From Chiloscyllium plagiosum (lineage: Eukaryota): DNA of 64,000 bases. The notes below the pieces were generated by a model. That model had not been told where the DNA came from. It saw only the letters and a program-made list of their open reading frames with translations, and did not search any database. Positions 1 through 12,714 of this stretch are shown piece after piece (position 1 is the first letter of the stretch; the number at the start of each line of letters is the position of its first letter). The position numbers were made by a program, and so were the translations under genes. The stretch is taken from positions 350,399-414,398 of the forward strand of contig NC_057755.1 of the NCBI RefSeq assembly GCF_004010195.1, read 5' to 3'.

Positions 1-302
1 GTATTTTAATGAAATAATGAAAGGGATCCAAATGCTAAACACATGAAACATTATCAGATGTAACTGGCAAAACCCAACAGGTACGGCAGCATCTGTGGGG
101 AGAGAAACAGAACATTTTCATGTGAACATGAATCACTGAACTCAAAACACCATCTTAGGATCCCCACCGCACAAGACCCTATCATTGCAACCAATACACA
201 AGGATTCATTTCTATCAGGGAACTGAGATTTAAAAAGTTGATACTCACATCTTGATGGAACATTTGTTCGACTGCTCTTCACACACCGGACATAGTTGGA
301 GT

Positions 303-1575
303 AATAGAGATATACAGCATCGAAACAGACCCGCTAGCCTGAATCATCCGTATCGACCAGATATCCTAAATTAATCTGGTCCCATTGGCCCCCATTTCCC
401 TCTCAACCCTTTCTATTCAATTAACAAATCAGCTATCGTCTAAATACTGTAAAGGCCCAGCATCCAACATTCCTTCTGGCAGTTCATTCCATACACAAGC
501 CACACTCTGCATGAAATTTATAACCCTTACGTGCCTTATAAAAATTTCCCATCTCATCTTAAACGTATGCCCTCTTATTATGGACTCTCCCACCCTAGGG
601 AAAATACCTTGTCTATTTACTCTCTCCATGCCCCTCCTGTTTTTATAAAACTCCATAAGATCACCCCTCATCATCCAACTGTCCAGGGAAAACAATCCCA
701 GCCTGTTCATCCTGTCCATTTCGCCCCAACTCTCCAATCCTGTCAACAGCCTTTCTTTTCTGCAACCCTTCGAAGTTGCACAACATCCTCCTTCTAGGAG
801 TGAGACTACAAATAGAGTCGTAGAGTCACAGAGATGTACAGTAGAGCAACAGACATTTCGGTTCAAACTCTTCCATGTTGACCCGATATTCCAACCCAAT
901 CTCGTCCCACCTGCCAGCACAGGGCACATATGCGTCCATACCCTTCCTGTTCTTATATCCATCCAGATGTCTTTTAAACATTGCAACCGTATTAACCTCC
1001 ACCATTTCCACTGGCAGCTCATTCCATACACGTGCCACCCTCTGTGTTAAAACGCTGCCTCTTAGGTCTCTTTTTATATAATTCCCTCTCACCAAAACTA
1101 TGCACTCCAGTTCTGTACTCCCCCACCCCAGGGAGGAGGTTTTGTTTCTTTATCCTTTCCACGACTTCACGATTTATAAACCTCTAATGCAAAAGACGCC
1201 TCACTAATGTCCTGCATAGTCACAACATGACCTCTCAATTCCTACGCACAATGCTCTGACCAATAAAGGGGAGCATACCAAACCTCTTCTTTGAGATGTG
1301 ATTTTCAACGACTATTAACCTTCACTACAAGGTATCTTTGTTCAGCAAAACTTTCCACTTACCATTACGTGGACATGTCCTGCCCTGATTTGCCTTTACA
1401 AATTGCAGCACCTCAACTTACCTAAATAAAACTCCATCTACGACTCCTCGGCCATTGGCCCATCTGATCAAATTCCTTTGTACCGTGAGGTAATCTTCAC
1501 TGTCCACTGGTTTCATTTGCAAACTGAATATACCTCCTATGTGCACATCCAAATTATTGATATAAATGATGAAAG
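303..1575 (-). mobile_element. CR1-clade LINE 3' portion (decayed), with a second CR1 3' end nested at ~811-1185
   Basis: Minus-strand frames give CR1 ORF2 C-terminal motifs (RMNRLGLFSLDSWMMRGDLMEFYK, VTQRVARVWNELP-like LTQRVARVWNELP). CR1 tail-like sequence lies at ~303 and ~811-840. Confidence 0.85.
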
Positions 1576-1579
1576 ATAG

Positions 1580-2430
1580 TTGTGGTTATGGGGGGTTCGT
1601 CACCTCAACTCCAGGAGATCTCTGCAGGAGTTTATTAGGGTAGTGTCCGAGGCCCAACACACTTCAGTTGCTTCATTAATGATTTTCTTTCTGTCATTAG
1701 GTCAGAAGTGGAGATGTTTCCCGATGTTCTGCACAGTGTTCAGAACAATTCTGGACTCGTCAGATACTGATACAGTCCGTGCTCAATTGCAACATGTTCT
1801 GGACAATATTCAGATTTGGGCGAACAAGTGGCAAATAACATTCGGCCACACAAGGGCCAGACAATGACCGTCACCAGAAAGAGACACTCTAAACACTGCC
1901 CCTTGACATTCAACTGTATTACAATCACTGAGTCCCCCACTGTCAAGAATCGTTGGGTTACCATTGACCAGAAACTCGACTGGACCCACCACATAAACAC
2001 AATAGCTGCAAGAGCAGGTCAGAGACTGGGGATACTGCTGTGAGTAACCCAACTCCTGACATCCCAATGTCTATCCACCATCTACAAAGTACAAGTTAAG
2101 AATGTGATGGAACATTCCCCATTTGCCTGTATGGGTGCAAGAAGCTTGACACTATCCAGGACAAATCAACATGCTTGATTGGAATCACATCTATAAACAG
2201 TCAATCCCCACCACTGGCGCTCAGTAGAAGCAGTGTGTACTCTCTACAAGATGCACTGCAGAAATTCGCCAAAGATTTTCAGATATCACCTTTCAAACCC
2301 GTGACCACTTCCATCGAGAAGGACAAGGGCATCAAGTACTTGGGAACGCCACTCCTGAAGGTTCTCCTCCACGCCACTCACCATTCGGATTTGTAAATAT
2401 GCTGCTGTTCCTTCCCAGTCATTGGATCAA
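1580..2430 (+). mobile_element. Decayed LINE (CR1/L2-group) RT C-terminal fragment and 3' region
   Basis: Frameshifted peptides LDNIQIWANKWQITF and TIDQKLDWTHHINTIAARAGQRLGILL are typical of non-LTR RT thumb regions. Confidence 0.75.
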
Positions 2431-2849
2431 AATGAAGATCCACAACAGAGCAACAGCTTCAAAAACAATAATTACTGTTCTCATAATTCGAGGAAATCAG
2501 CTCTAACACCTAAGATAGCTCAGAAAAGACGCACCTGTTGCAGCCACATTGATTTTCCGTCCTCTTTCTAGGAGTACCGACTATCATCTGGTCACTATAT
2601 TATAAAAACATGAGTTGTTACATTTGAGAGGATGTAATTGTTCGATGGAGAATTCTAACAGAGCTAAGAAAGGTTTGTTTCATCAATAAAATCACAAGCC
2701 ACCATTTAAGCTCTCTTTGTGATGATAAACTGAGGAACTCTGAACTCAATGAGTCTCTCATAATTTTGGTTTGGAAAGTCAACAATTCCTTGTCATGTTT
2801 CGCACATGTTCTAATGTTACATGTTCAGCAAAGAAACCAAAGAAACCGA

Positions 2850-2901
2850 AATGTAAAGAATACAATAAAAACATTATTGTTTTTATTGTATTCTTTACAT
2901 T
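2850..2901. repeat. Perfect 24-bp inverted repeat with 4-nt loop, AATAAA on both strands
   Basis: AATGTAAAGAATACAATAAAAACA-ttat-TGTTTTTATTGTATTCTTTACATT. Confidence 0.95.
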
Positions 2902-3394
2902 GTCTGAATCAAATTGTTTTGGAATGTCCGTGTTGGTATTTCATGAATAAACCACATAATTCAAAACAAAACAGTTCAATACTGCAATCATTGAACACGG
3001 CTGCTGCATTCCATGAACAACCCATTATGATATACTAAACATCGGGTTTCTCTGACTCTCTGTTGTGCTCTGGTCATGTCAGGCGCATCTAATACTTAAA
3101 CTGATCATGTAAATACGTAGCAGGTCATAAACAATACAAGCCTTCACAACTCTTCTTTGAAGGAAAACACTTTATTTTACGATGAGAGTAACTGAACAAG
3201 TTAAGTAATATTGACCTATTAATCTACTTTACAAATGTTTACATTCTAATCTTCGTTTCAATTATTCCTCCTCATGCAACATTACTTTGTGCATTGCAGA
3301 AATGTTGACTCCACAAATATTTCTTCGGGAACACTAGAACGTAGTCACTGTCCTCTGGAATTCACTTTAACACTACACATTATTCCAATGATTC

Positions 3395-4015
3395 TTTAGA
3401 ATTGATGGAAACGTGCAGCACAGAAATAGACCATTTAGATCACCAAGTGAATCCACTCTAATCACTTTAGTCTTTCTGAAAAAACGAAGGTGTTTATTAA
3501 AGACTGCATCAACTGAAGATACGAGCTTCTGTTCTTATCGCACTTTCCAGCAACTGTTCCACAAGTTTGAGAGTTACTTCATTTTAGTTGCAGATTACGG
3601 TTCCCTTTAAATGTGTTAAGCATTGCCAACTCACACGCCAACCAAAATGGGACGTGAATTCCAGACGTACCATGAATGAAAGGGTTAGCCCTCATGTCCC
3701 TGATAATCCTTCCATGTATTTTTTTCTCGCTCTGCATCTCCTGGCAAATGTGTCCTGGGTTCTGGATGAGGTCTTCATCCAAGACTCTGAATATTTTGGA
3801 CACCTCAAAAACAATACCTCTCATTCTGCTCTTTCCTAGAGAAAATGATCCGATCCATCTTTTCGCAGTAATGAAGTAATTCCCAGACACTGCCAACATT
3901 CTTGTAAATCCCTTCTATTCTCTTCTCAGAGCAATTCTATCCCCACTATGGGGTGATGAACATTACTGTGCACAAAACCTGTGAGCCACTCAGTGTCTCA
4001 TGTTGTTCCACTATT
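3395..4015 (-). mobile_element. Old LINE 3' fragment
   Basis: Minus-strand similarity to a CR1-like ORF2 end (FSLGKSRMRGIVFEVSKIFRVLD resembles the FSLE.RRLRGDLIEVYKI motif) plus tail-like sequence near 3400-3440. Partly repeated at 40409-40745. Confidence 0.6.
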
Positions 4016-7000
4016 ACAAGACTGGCAGGGGGCGAGGGAATTTGAGTTGCATTGGTTCTGGTGCAGAGTGGAAGAGCAGTAACGTTATGAAAAGTAATAT
4101 GGAATTATGTCTCAGTGTGGATGTCTGATCAGGGTCTGAAGCATATATTGGATGCAGAGGGCTATAGTTGGGGAATCGCCTGAATGAAGAGTGGGGTTAG
4201 TTTATCAGTTCCTTACGTGTTATACTATTTGTTTCACAGCCTCACGTTTGTTCAGATACTAGGTGATTAATTCCAGAATAAGCCAATACCCAGAAGTAAA
4301 TCTATCTTGCTGGATCATAAACAATATTCTTTTGATTTAACAAATTGATCTCTTGCTGAGCCGGAAAGAACAATGCCTCAAATATTCCTTACACTTCATT
4401 ACAGAAGTTTATGAATAATGAAATGATGATAAAATTATTTAACTCAACTTGTGTACTTTTAACACAGATTCAAAGGCAATGAATACACAGTAAATGCATA
4501 ATCTCATCAATGTCAAAACAACACATGAAGGAAATGAAAGAAAACGACTTGTACGTATTACACACTCCCAGTACCATTCCAAAGAAAACACTCCTGGAAT
4601 AATATTCAAAAAATGTAACATTTGGATGAAGACTTGTGACTGCCACTTTTAATCTGTAACTGCAGTGAGCTTCTTCCAAGAGCTACCACACAGCTTCTTG
4701 TCAATGTACTCAGCTTTATCTATTACCTTTAGAGCGTTATATTTATCCAAACACTTTTGTCTGGCATCAAAGCAATTTTTACAACCAAGTTAATATAATT
4801 GTCTAACAATCTCATTCCCTTCTCAGCAGTACAGATCTATACAATCACTCAGTACCAGGTTTTACAAGGACGAATAAAACGACAAAAATGAAACGAGAAG
4901 TTTATCAGTTAAGGGATTTTACCTCACCCTCAGTTTTCATAACTTTGAAACAAATCTTTAGACGCTCTGTTCATACCATGCTGGGTTGCAAACAATTACA
5001 AATGAACGAAAGTTCATTTTTGCACAAAACCATCCAGCCTATAGCCAGACTTAAACAGCAGTTTTAAAACAACTTGCTATACTTTCATAAATATCTACAA
5101 GTTACAATCAGCAGCATAGTGAAACTTGAAACTTATTCACTGAAAAACTCGCAACAAACTCGCCCAACATGAATTTGCACTTCCTGCATAAAAAACACCA
5201 TAGTTTATATTTTACAAAAGTGACTACCATATATATTCGTGTATAGGTCTAAATTTTAAGACTATATTCTAATGATCAATTTAGCGAATGAAACAATGCA
5301 CGGGCACAAGTTTTGAAGGGCTGAAATTCATGCCGCCATTACAAACACTGCATTTTTCGCAAAAGTCGATTTGGTCACACAATTAGACCCGTGTAAAGAA
5401 AAAAAATGCAATGTGTTATGGTCAAGGTAATTACTGGATAAAAGCAAGAGACCAATATGAAAAACTAGCATGTCAAAGATTGGTTGAAATCCTGCAAAAA
5501 ACACACTGTTCAACATCATCATTATCTGATATAATGGCACGGTTAAAATGAAACATTTATTAAATACTGAAGTGTCTTGAACTTTCCTGACAATTTCTCC
5601 TATTTTCCTCCCATTTACTATCATACGTTATGAACCTCAATAACATTAACCTATTTGTCAAAGCATTAAAGATATACCGGTGTTTGGATAATATATCTCA
5701 CTTTTATTCAGATATAATGGAACAAATAAGATGATTATCATTTTAGTAGTATTAACTTTTGTATGCATAGTGAACAAAGTGCAATAAGGACTGATAGACG
5801 TAGTACGGTCTGAATGAACGAACTAAACTAATGCACTAAACCACGTGCAAAAAGGAGAGTTATGAATGAATGAATAGAGTTGAAATACAGTAAACAAAGA
5901 GTGATGATTCGAGTTATAGGTATGAATGAATGAATGAATGCAATTTTGTTTAACTGCGTTAATGAGAATATTCAGTTTCCTTTGCGAGAGGTCTACAATG
6001 CAATATAGTAGTGCACGAGAAATATGGAAAATATAAAACTTCGGGGTTGACTTCCACATGAGTTTGATCGATTCATGGCATAAACACGAGTCTATTCATT
6101 AATTCCATCAAAACTTTCTGGAGTCTCCAATTGAAATGGAGATTCCTGAAAGGTTGCCAGAAGAGGTGAATAAATATGCAATCGAAAATTTAACTTCCCA
6201 GGCATTTCTTTTGGAATCTGCAATGATAGGTATTCCACAAGATCTCTGTAGTCTGAGACTAAATCACTAATCGGCTGCGTGACGGTGGCCTCAACCTGCC
6301 CAAGAATTATTGTCAATTTCAGAGGGAAACCATAGATAACCCTCAGGCAGATACACACAATTTCAAATCTTCAAGGCAGTCACCAGGAATTGTCACAAGA
6401 GTTGTGCGAAACATTTTCTCCATCTGATATAATAATGAATATACTTTCTGCATGAATCTCGACGTGCAGTCAATCTCTCCGCACGAAATGCCAATGTGAT
6501 ATCATCACAAAGTTTTCATTTATACCCGATTGGTATCACGTTGGGGACTGTTCCATTATAACATGGTTCAATTTATTCATTTAAAAATTGAACGAACAGG
6601 TGACAACGGTAAGTTAACTCCCACGTGACAAAGTACGTTCAGGACTGGGGATGATTGGATAATAAAAATAGGAAACATTAGAAAATGCATTTGAGTAAAA
6701 TCATAAAATCCTTGCAGTGAAGAAAAAGCCCAATTGGTCCATCGAGTCCATTCCGACCCTGCAACGGGCATTCCACGCAAGCCTGTCCTTTGGCCCTATG
6801 AGTCAGCAGGTTTCTTGTATATTGGAGATTTTCCTACATATATCAACACTGTATTAGTTCATATTGAAGTTATGCCTGTCTCCAGAACATTAGCAAAGGT
6901 GTCTATGACCATGTGCAGCAGCTGCTGAGCTTCTCCAGTATTTTGTGATAGATGTGCAGTCTCAGCACTGGCCAGATGAGTGGCAGCACAGAGCAGCGAA

Positions 7001-7099
7001 AGTCACGCGTTAGCGGTTGTTGGGAATGATTTAGCCGAGATCCCCAGTCTCTGGTTATTGTGTGGCGGAACACACATTCTGGAAGAGTCAGATAGTAAA

Positions 7100-8290
7100 T
7101 GTCGAGCACGAGGGGAAGAAAAATTATTAAATATAGACAGGGAGATGGTTAAAGTTTGCAATAGGGAGAGAATTCAATGGAGAATAATGGGCAGAGCATT
7201 AAATACACAAGTGGAGAGGGTTAAGTCGAGAGTAAGAGGGAGAGAGCTGAATACAGAGGAACATGAGATAATTTAAGACAGAAAAGGGAGGATTTAGTTG
7301 AAACTGATAGGGAGAAAATTGTATAGAGAATCAGAGAAAGATAGGTGATGGCAAGTGTATAGGGAGACAGTTAATACAGGGGAAGCTGCAAGTATTGTAA
7401 TGAGGTCATCCAGATTAATCACATTTGATAAGAGTTCTCTGATTGAAGTTGGTAACCTGGTACAATCAAGGAGTCCCGGCTGAAAAATATAAACAAGAGT
7501 GTCAGGGGTTCTGCTCTCTCGAGGAATCAGCTTTGTGCTAGCTGGGTCAGTATCAAGTATTATGCAAGTGTAAATGCAGAGTGATTTGATGATGGATTGC
7601 CACCTTTGTGGAACTTGAGAGAATATAATAGAGCATTAGATAGTATGTTGAATAAACGGATGTATGGTTAACATTAAATTGAGGGAATAGAGAAGGTAAT
7701 TAACACGGAGGAATAGAGAAATTCCTGAATAAAGAATAAGAACGACTCGGTTGAATACAGAACAGCTGGGAGACGTCAAATACAGTGCAAAGGATAGGGT
7801 TAAATACAACATGGAGTGGATGATTGGTGAGTAGTAGTGAAAGGACTTATTCAAAAACGATAAGGAGGAAGTTGAATACAGAGATAGTGTTAAAGATTAC
7901 CATGTCTGCGGATTATATCAAGCAGGTTCATTGGAGAGTAATAGTGAGAGGATTAAATAAGGAGAACGACAGAGGTAATTCAATATCGGGGAATAGAGAG
8001 GAACAAATACAAATAAAGGTCAGGTTAAACAAACAACAATTCGGGACGACTAAATACAAATCAAAGGGAAAAGGATTAGATATAGGGCAGTGTATCGAGA
8101 TGACAAAAGACAGATAACAGCTTAAATACAGAGTGGGGAGAGAGAGAGAGAGAGAGATAGTGTATGAACGATAAAGCAATCGTAAATGGTTCAAAGACGG
8201 CAAAAGATAATGAATTACATTCAGGGCAATGGAGATAATTAAATACTGAGGAACAGGGAACGGATTACGGTTACCAAGATGATTTCCAGC
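7100..8290 (+). repeat. Purine-rich degenerate repeat region (AAATACAG/GAGAG motifs) containing an LTR-like dispersed repeat at ~7390-7620
   Basis: Strong A/G skew with recurring (tt)aaataca(g) motifs. Related sequence occurs at 24480-25680 (reverse) and 33300-33720. The 7390-7620 core resembles 17200-17390 and 25490-25670 in reverse. Confidence 0.6.
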
Positions 8291-8724
8291 TTCAGTCTGT
8301 GTGGGCGGGTGGTGGGGGAGGGGGATAGAATTGGTATACCCTTTCGATGACCTGACAAATAATTGGCTCAGCCTTGCAACTTTCTATGTCTCAACGTTGA
8401 AACTTGGCATTCACTCGTTCCATTACAATAATTTGTTGCCTCCATGTTGCATTGCCTTGCAGGATCACCTCTCTCCACCTTACCGACTACTCCATCATTC
8501 CCAATCCACTTGTCATAGCATCTCATACTCCCCACTCGTCACATTTCCCTTTCCTTCCTCCCTTCGCTTTTTCATGTAGAGAAGGTTGGACAGACGAAAT
8601 GCCCTTCCACCATTCTGGCACTCACATGAGAAGAGGTGAATGGCTTGCTGCTGCTCCACTTTTCCATGTCAAAGTAAGCTAAATTGACTCTTCACTTCCT
8701 CTGCGTCAGTCTAAAATAGAGACT

Positions 8725-9045
8725 TTGTTTAATTCATTCACGGGAAGAGGGAGTCACAAACGAGTACCAGGATTTATTGCCATTCCCTAACTGCCTCGAG
8801 GGCAAGTAAATGTCACCCACGTTGCTGTAAGTGTGAATTCACATGTAGTTCTGGCCAGGTAAGGGCAGCAGTAGTCCTCGCTAAATGACGCAAATCAATT
8901 GATTAAGTGATCATCGTTAAACACTTTATTTCCAGACTTCTATTGAATTCAAATTCCTCCAGTGACCTTTGAAACTAATATCCCAAAACATTACCTGGAT
9001 GCCTTCATGAACAGTCCAGTGAAAATTCCATTATGCTATTGCCTC
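8725..9045 (-). mobile_element. tRNA-derived SINE (decayed)
   Basis: Reverse-complement homologue of the SINE at 21345-21660. Copy at ~45475-45795. Confidence 0.6.
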
Positions 9046-11439
9046 CACTTGGTGAATGGCCTCTCCCTGTGTAACAGTCCCGATATGAGACTGAATAAAA
9101 ATGGAAAGAACAGTGTATGCTTTAAATCAGAAACAAAACCATAAATTACTGGGAAACCTCAGCAGTCTAGCAGCAGCTCTGGAGAGACATTTGAGCTAAA
9201 TGGCTTTCTGTTCTTGTGGAAATGGCTGGAGAAGGGGTTGAGTGGCCTCGTTCTATTCCAGTGTTGCTGGGTATGTCTATGCCAACAGCACACTCAATGA
9301 TTGAAAGCTTAGCAATGTTTTGTCCATTGAATTAAAAACCAAATCTAACGGTGAGACTTTCATATCTCTTGTTATTTGTTCTCCTGTTGAACTGTATTCT
9401 AAATAAGGTCTGCTTGCAGTTTTCCAAATTTTGCAGCTAGTCACTCTCGTGGGATTTTTTATGGGTGCATTTTACACGGTTAACCAGTGAAAGAGGCAGG
9501 CAAATATCAGACAATGTAGGAATTGAGAAAGCTTTCAATGGCTAATAAGGAGTGATAATATAAGTAGAGTGGCCCAATCCTGGAGTGAACATCAAGACAC
9601 TTGAAGGTGTACTTTTAGTTTTGTAAAGTGACTGTGATGGTTGGACAGCCGTGCAAAAAAAGCCATACAAAGTCAAGATAGAATACTACAATAAGGGAAA
9701 TGTTGCTAAACCTTTACGATTAAATGTTTTAGCCACACTTTGGGGAAAGACACTTGGATTTGAACTCTTCAAAGGCGAATGGCTTGTAATGGGTTAAGAC
9801 TGCCCACTACCCACTTCTGAACACAGTACTTTAGGAAGGATGACAACACATTGGATAGGCTCTGAGAGGAGATCATTGGTCATAGTGACATAACAAAAGG
9901 ACATTCTGCCCCCCGGCTGTCAATGGCTGATCTGTAAGTTAGCATCATGCTCCTGTGGTTGTGACTTATCCCTTAATATCGACGCTGAAGGAAAAGAAAA
10001 ATCTATCTTAGATTTAAAATGAACAACTGATACAAAATCCATATCATTTGTGTAAAGGAATAACAAGCCCCGACCAACGTTTCAGTTTAGGAGTGTTTCC
10101 GACCATCTCTCTTGAACACCCTGGCCCGAAGACTCAGACAACGCCCCTTTGTTCTGGAGTCCCCAAACAGTGGAAATAGTTTATCTTCATCTGATCTGTC
10201 TCCTAATTTCTACAAAAACAAGGTATGATTTAGTTCAGTTCTACCTCATAACGTAATTCTTACATTCGAGGCACTATTCTTGCAAATCTACGCTGTACTC
10301 CCTCCAAGGGCGATGTATTCTTCCTCAAGTGTGGTGCCTGGCTCTGCTCACAATACTGCAAGTGAGTTGATAAAAAGGTTTTCTACAACAGCAGCAAGAC
10401 CCCTGTGGCCTTAAATGGGATGAGAGCTTCACTGTATTGAACAGCATTTAATGCCCATTGCAGAGGGTCTGGAGTCATATGTAGCTCATACCAGGTAAGG
10501 ATGGCAGTTTCCTTCCCTAAAGGACTTGAGTGAAACTTTACTTGTTGATTTTTCCTTCTTGAAAATACTGAGGTAAAACGATTAATCATCATGTTGACCA
10601 TTTCCCTGTCGATATTGACAATATCCCCTGTAAGCTTCGTTTCCATATGATCTGATCGATGTGCTTGCTGAGTTGGCCTCGATTTGACATTAATAGTGAG
10701 ACGCAGATCATTATCTTTGAAATGCAAGATAGAAAAATATACACTTTCACAAAATCAGTCTTCCCTCTCATTTGCCAAGTAACCTTCCAGTTCTGAAATG
10801 CTTATGCCCACACACCTGTTTAAAATTCTCGGTTACAGCTCGTTGAACTGGATTTGGGGCTGTCCTTCCTACTCACAAGTTTCTAGCTTTGTTGTTGTGA
10901 TATTCTCTGAAGTGTGTGTGGGATCGCTAGGACTTGAGTGGCTTCTTTAAGCTCTGACGTGAAGGTTCTGGTTTGGGCTTGTGTGGACAAGGTTAGACGT
11001 CAAATGACATCAGCTTATCACCTAATTTGTTTGAAGTCACAACATTTTGTGTGATATGTGACCACTTTTGAGATAGTTATCCAGGTAATTTTCGATTGCA
11101 GGGGCTTAGAAATATTATAACGTAACAATGTAATTAGCATAACTTAAATTCAGTTTCTATCTCTGGCAAGTTGATACATAAGACAGTACTGTATATCGTA
11201 AGTTTCGGATTTTAATTGAACTGTGTCAAAAGCAGTTCTACTGAAATTCAGATCTTGCTCTACCCCAAACCTTGTGGCAATGTCTCATCAACAACCAATT
11301 AAATGGAAAATCAAGCTGAAGGCTTGAACAGTGGCATCTCAATTATCTGAACGTGATGGGTGGGCACTATTTCTTTCAGATAATCGATTATTCAATTAAT
11401 CGACTAAATGTGTTTCCTCTGGGGCTCGGAGTTTTTCAA

Positions 11440-11830
11440 GTCTGATCTCTGTTCAGGCGACGAGCAGCAGCACACAGCGCACGAGGCGCCGCCCCCAACA
11501 TCGCTCCCCGCCAACGACCCCGTGAAACACCGCCCCCGCCCCAATACTGTCCAACACTGACCCCTGCGCCCACCTCCGCCCCGACACCCGTGCAGCACCG
11601 CCCCCAACTCCGTGAGGCACAGCCCCCTGCATCCAACTCTGCCCCCCGGCCCCATCAACGCCCCCACTCCCAACAACCTGCCGCGCCAAACCCCGCCACT
11701 GGCCCATGCAACATCACTGCACTCCCCCACTCCCAACCCTGTCCAACACTGCCGCCTGCGCGCCTCAAACCACATGCACCCCTCCCCCTTTTCGGGCAGC
11801 TGGACTGTCCACCAACAACAAAACAGCTGC
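11440..11830. other. GC/CpG-rich, C-skewed degenerate repeat (CpG-island-like)
   Basis: Many CCCC/CCGCCC tracts and CpGs in an otherwise AT-rich, CpG-poor background. The overlapping ORFs here are compositional artefacts. Copy at ~48200-48570. Confidence 0.6.
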
Positions 11831-12714
11831 TGCTGCTGCTTTTGTGTATTAAGTCTCCAAATAGCGAGCGTACACGTGCACACACAAGCAGACACCCACA
11901 ACCACAGTCACACACAACTTCTCACTGTAATTTTTTGACAGGTTCTAACTTTGCCCTGTACAGGATAATGTTGGTCATATTTTCTGGGGAAGTGGGGGGA
12001 GGGAAGTGTTAAGGTACACCCCTGTGTAGAACTCAAGGGAAAGTGTGGGGCGAGAAAGTGTGGACAGTCAGTCATTTGGACACAGTGCCTGTTTAATCAC
12101 TGTAACCAAAAGACACGATCACTGTTGGAAATACGTCTTTGATGTAATGTTTTCATGGAGACCTGAAGATCGCCTTCGGATAATCGGAATTTTGGATAAT
12201 TGGTATTCGGATAATCAAGTTTCATCTGTATATCTGCCTGGCTTGATTCAATTTGACTGTGCATGCTGCAACCGTCCTGGTTTTATTTCTCAGTTCCACT
12301 GTCTCATTAACACTGTTTCAGTTGACTCAATCAAGATAATGGTGTTGCTAGGCCTACCACACCAGTGGCCCAATCTACACCAGTATTTCTGTTCCAGGTT
12401 CACAACACTGCTGCTGCAGACGCCACTTAGAGCATCTTCCTTTACCGTCACTGCCTCAAGGAACAGAAGATAAATGTGAAGACGTCAGAGAAACGAAGAA
12501 GGAATTTTGGATTGGTCTGGTGATCAGAAGCGAATGGCCTCAGGAGCTTCCACAATGTATAACCTGCCACCACTGTCATCTGAAATAAAATGCATTTCGA
12601 TGATGGCAAGACAGATTGACAAAGACCCAAGTGTTTCAACTGTGAAGTGAGACGAGAAAGGCTAGATTTGGTTTTAGTCAATCCTCAAAAGTTAAGTCAG
12701 TCTTCTTCTCTGAC

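Noticed and set aside
6063..6080. FDRFMA on the + strand as a second GPCR DRF motif
   Set aside because: The flanking residues show no TM3 or ICL2 similarity, so it is probably chance.
6020..6430. R2-like retrotransposon relic on the + strand (RDGGLNLP motif)
   Set aside because: Only one short motif, several frameshifts are needed, spacing to upstream motifs is wrong, and no RT core (QG/ADD) lies nearby.
11404..12012. Several overlapping 100-165 aa ORFs as genes
   Set aside because: They arise from a stop-poor GC-rich repeat, and the frames are not preserved between the two copies.
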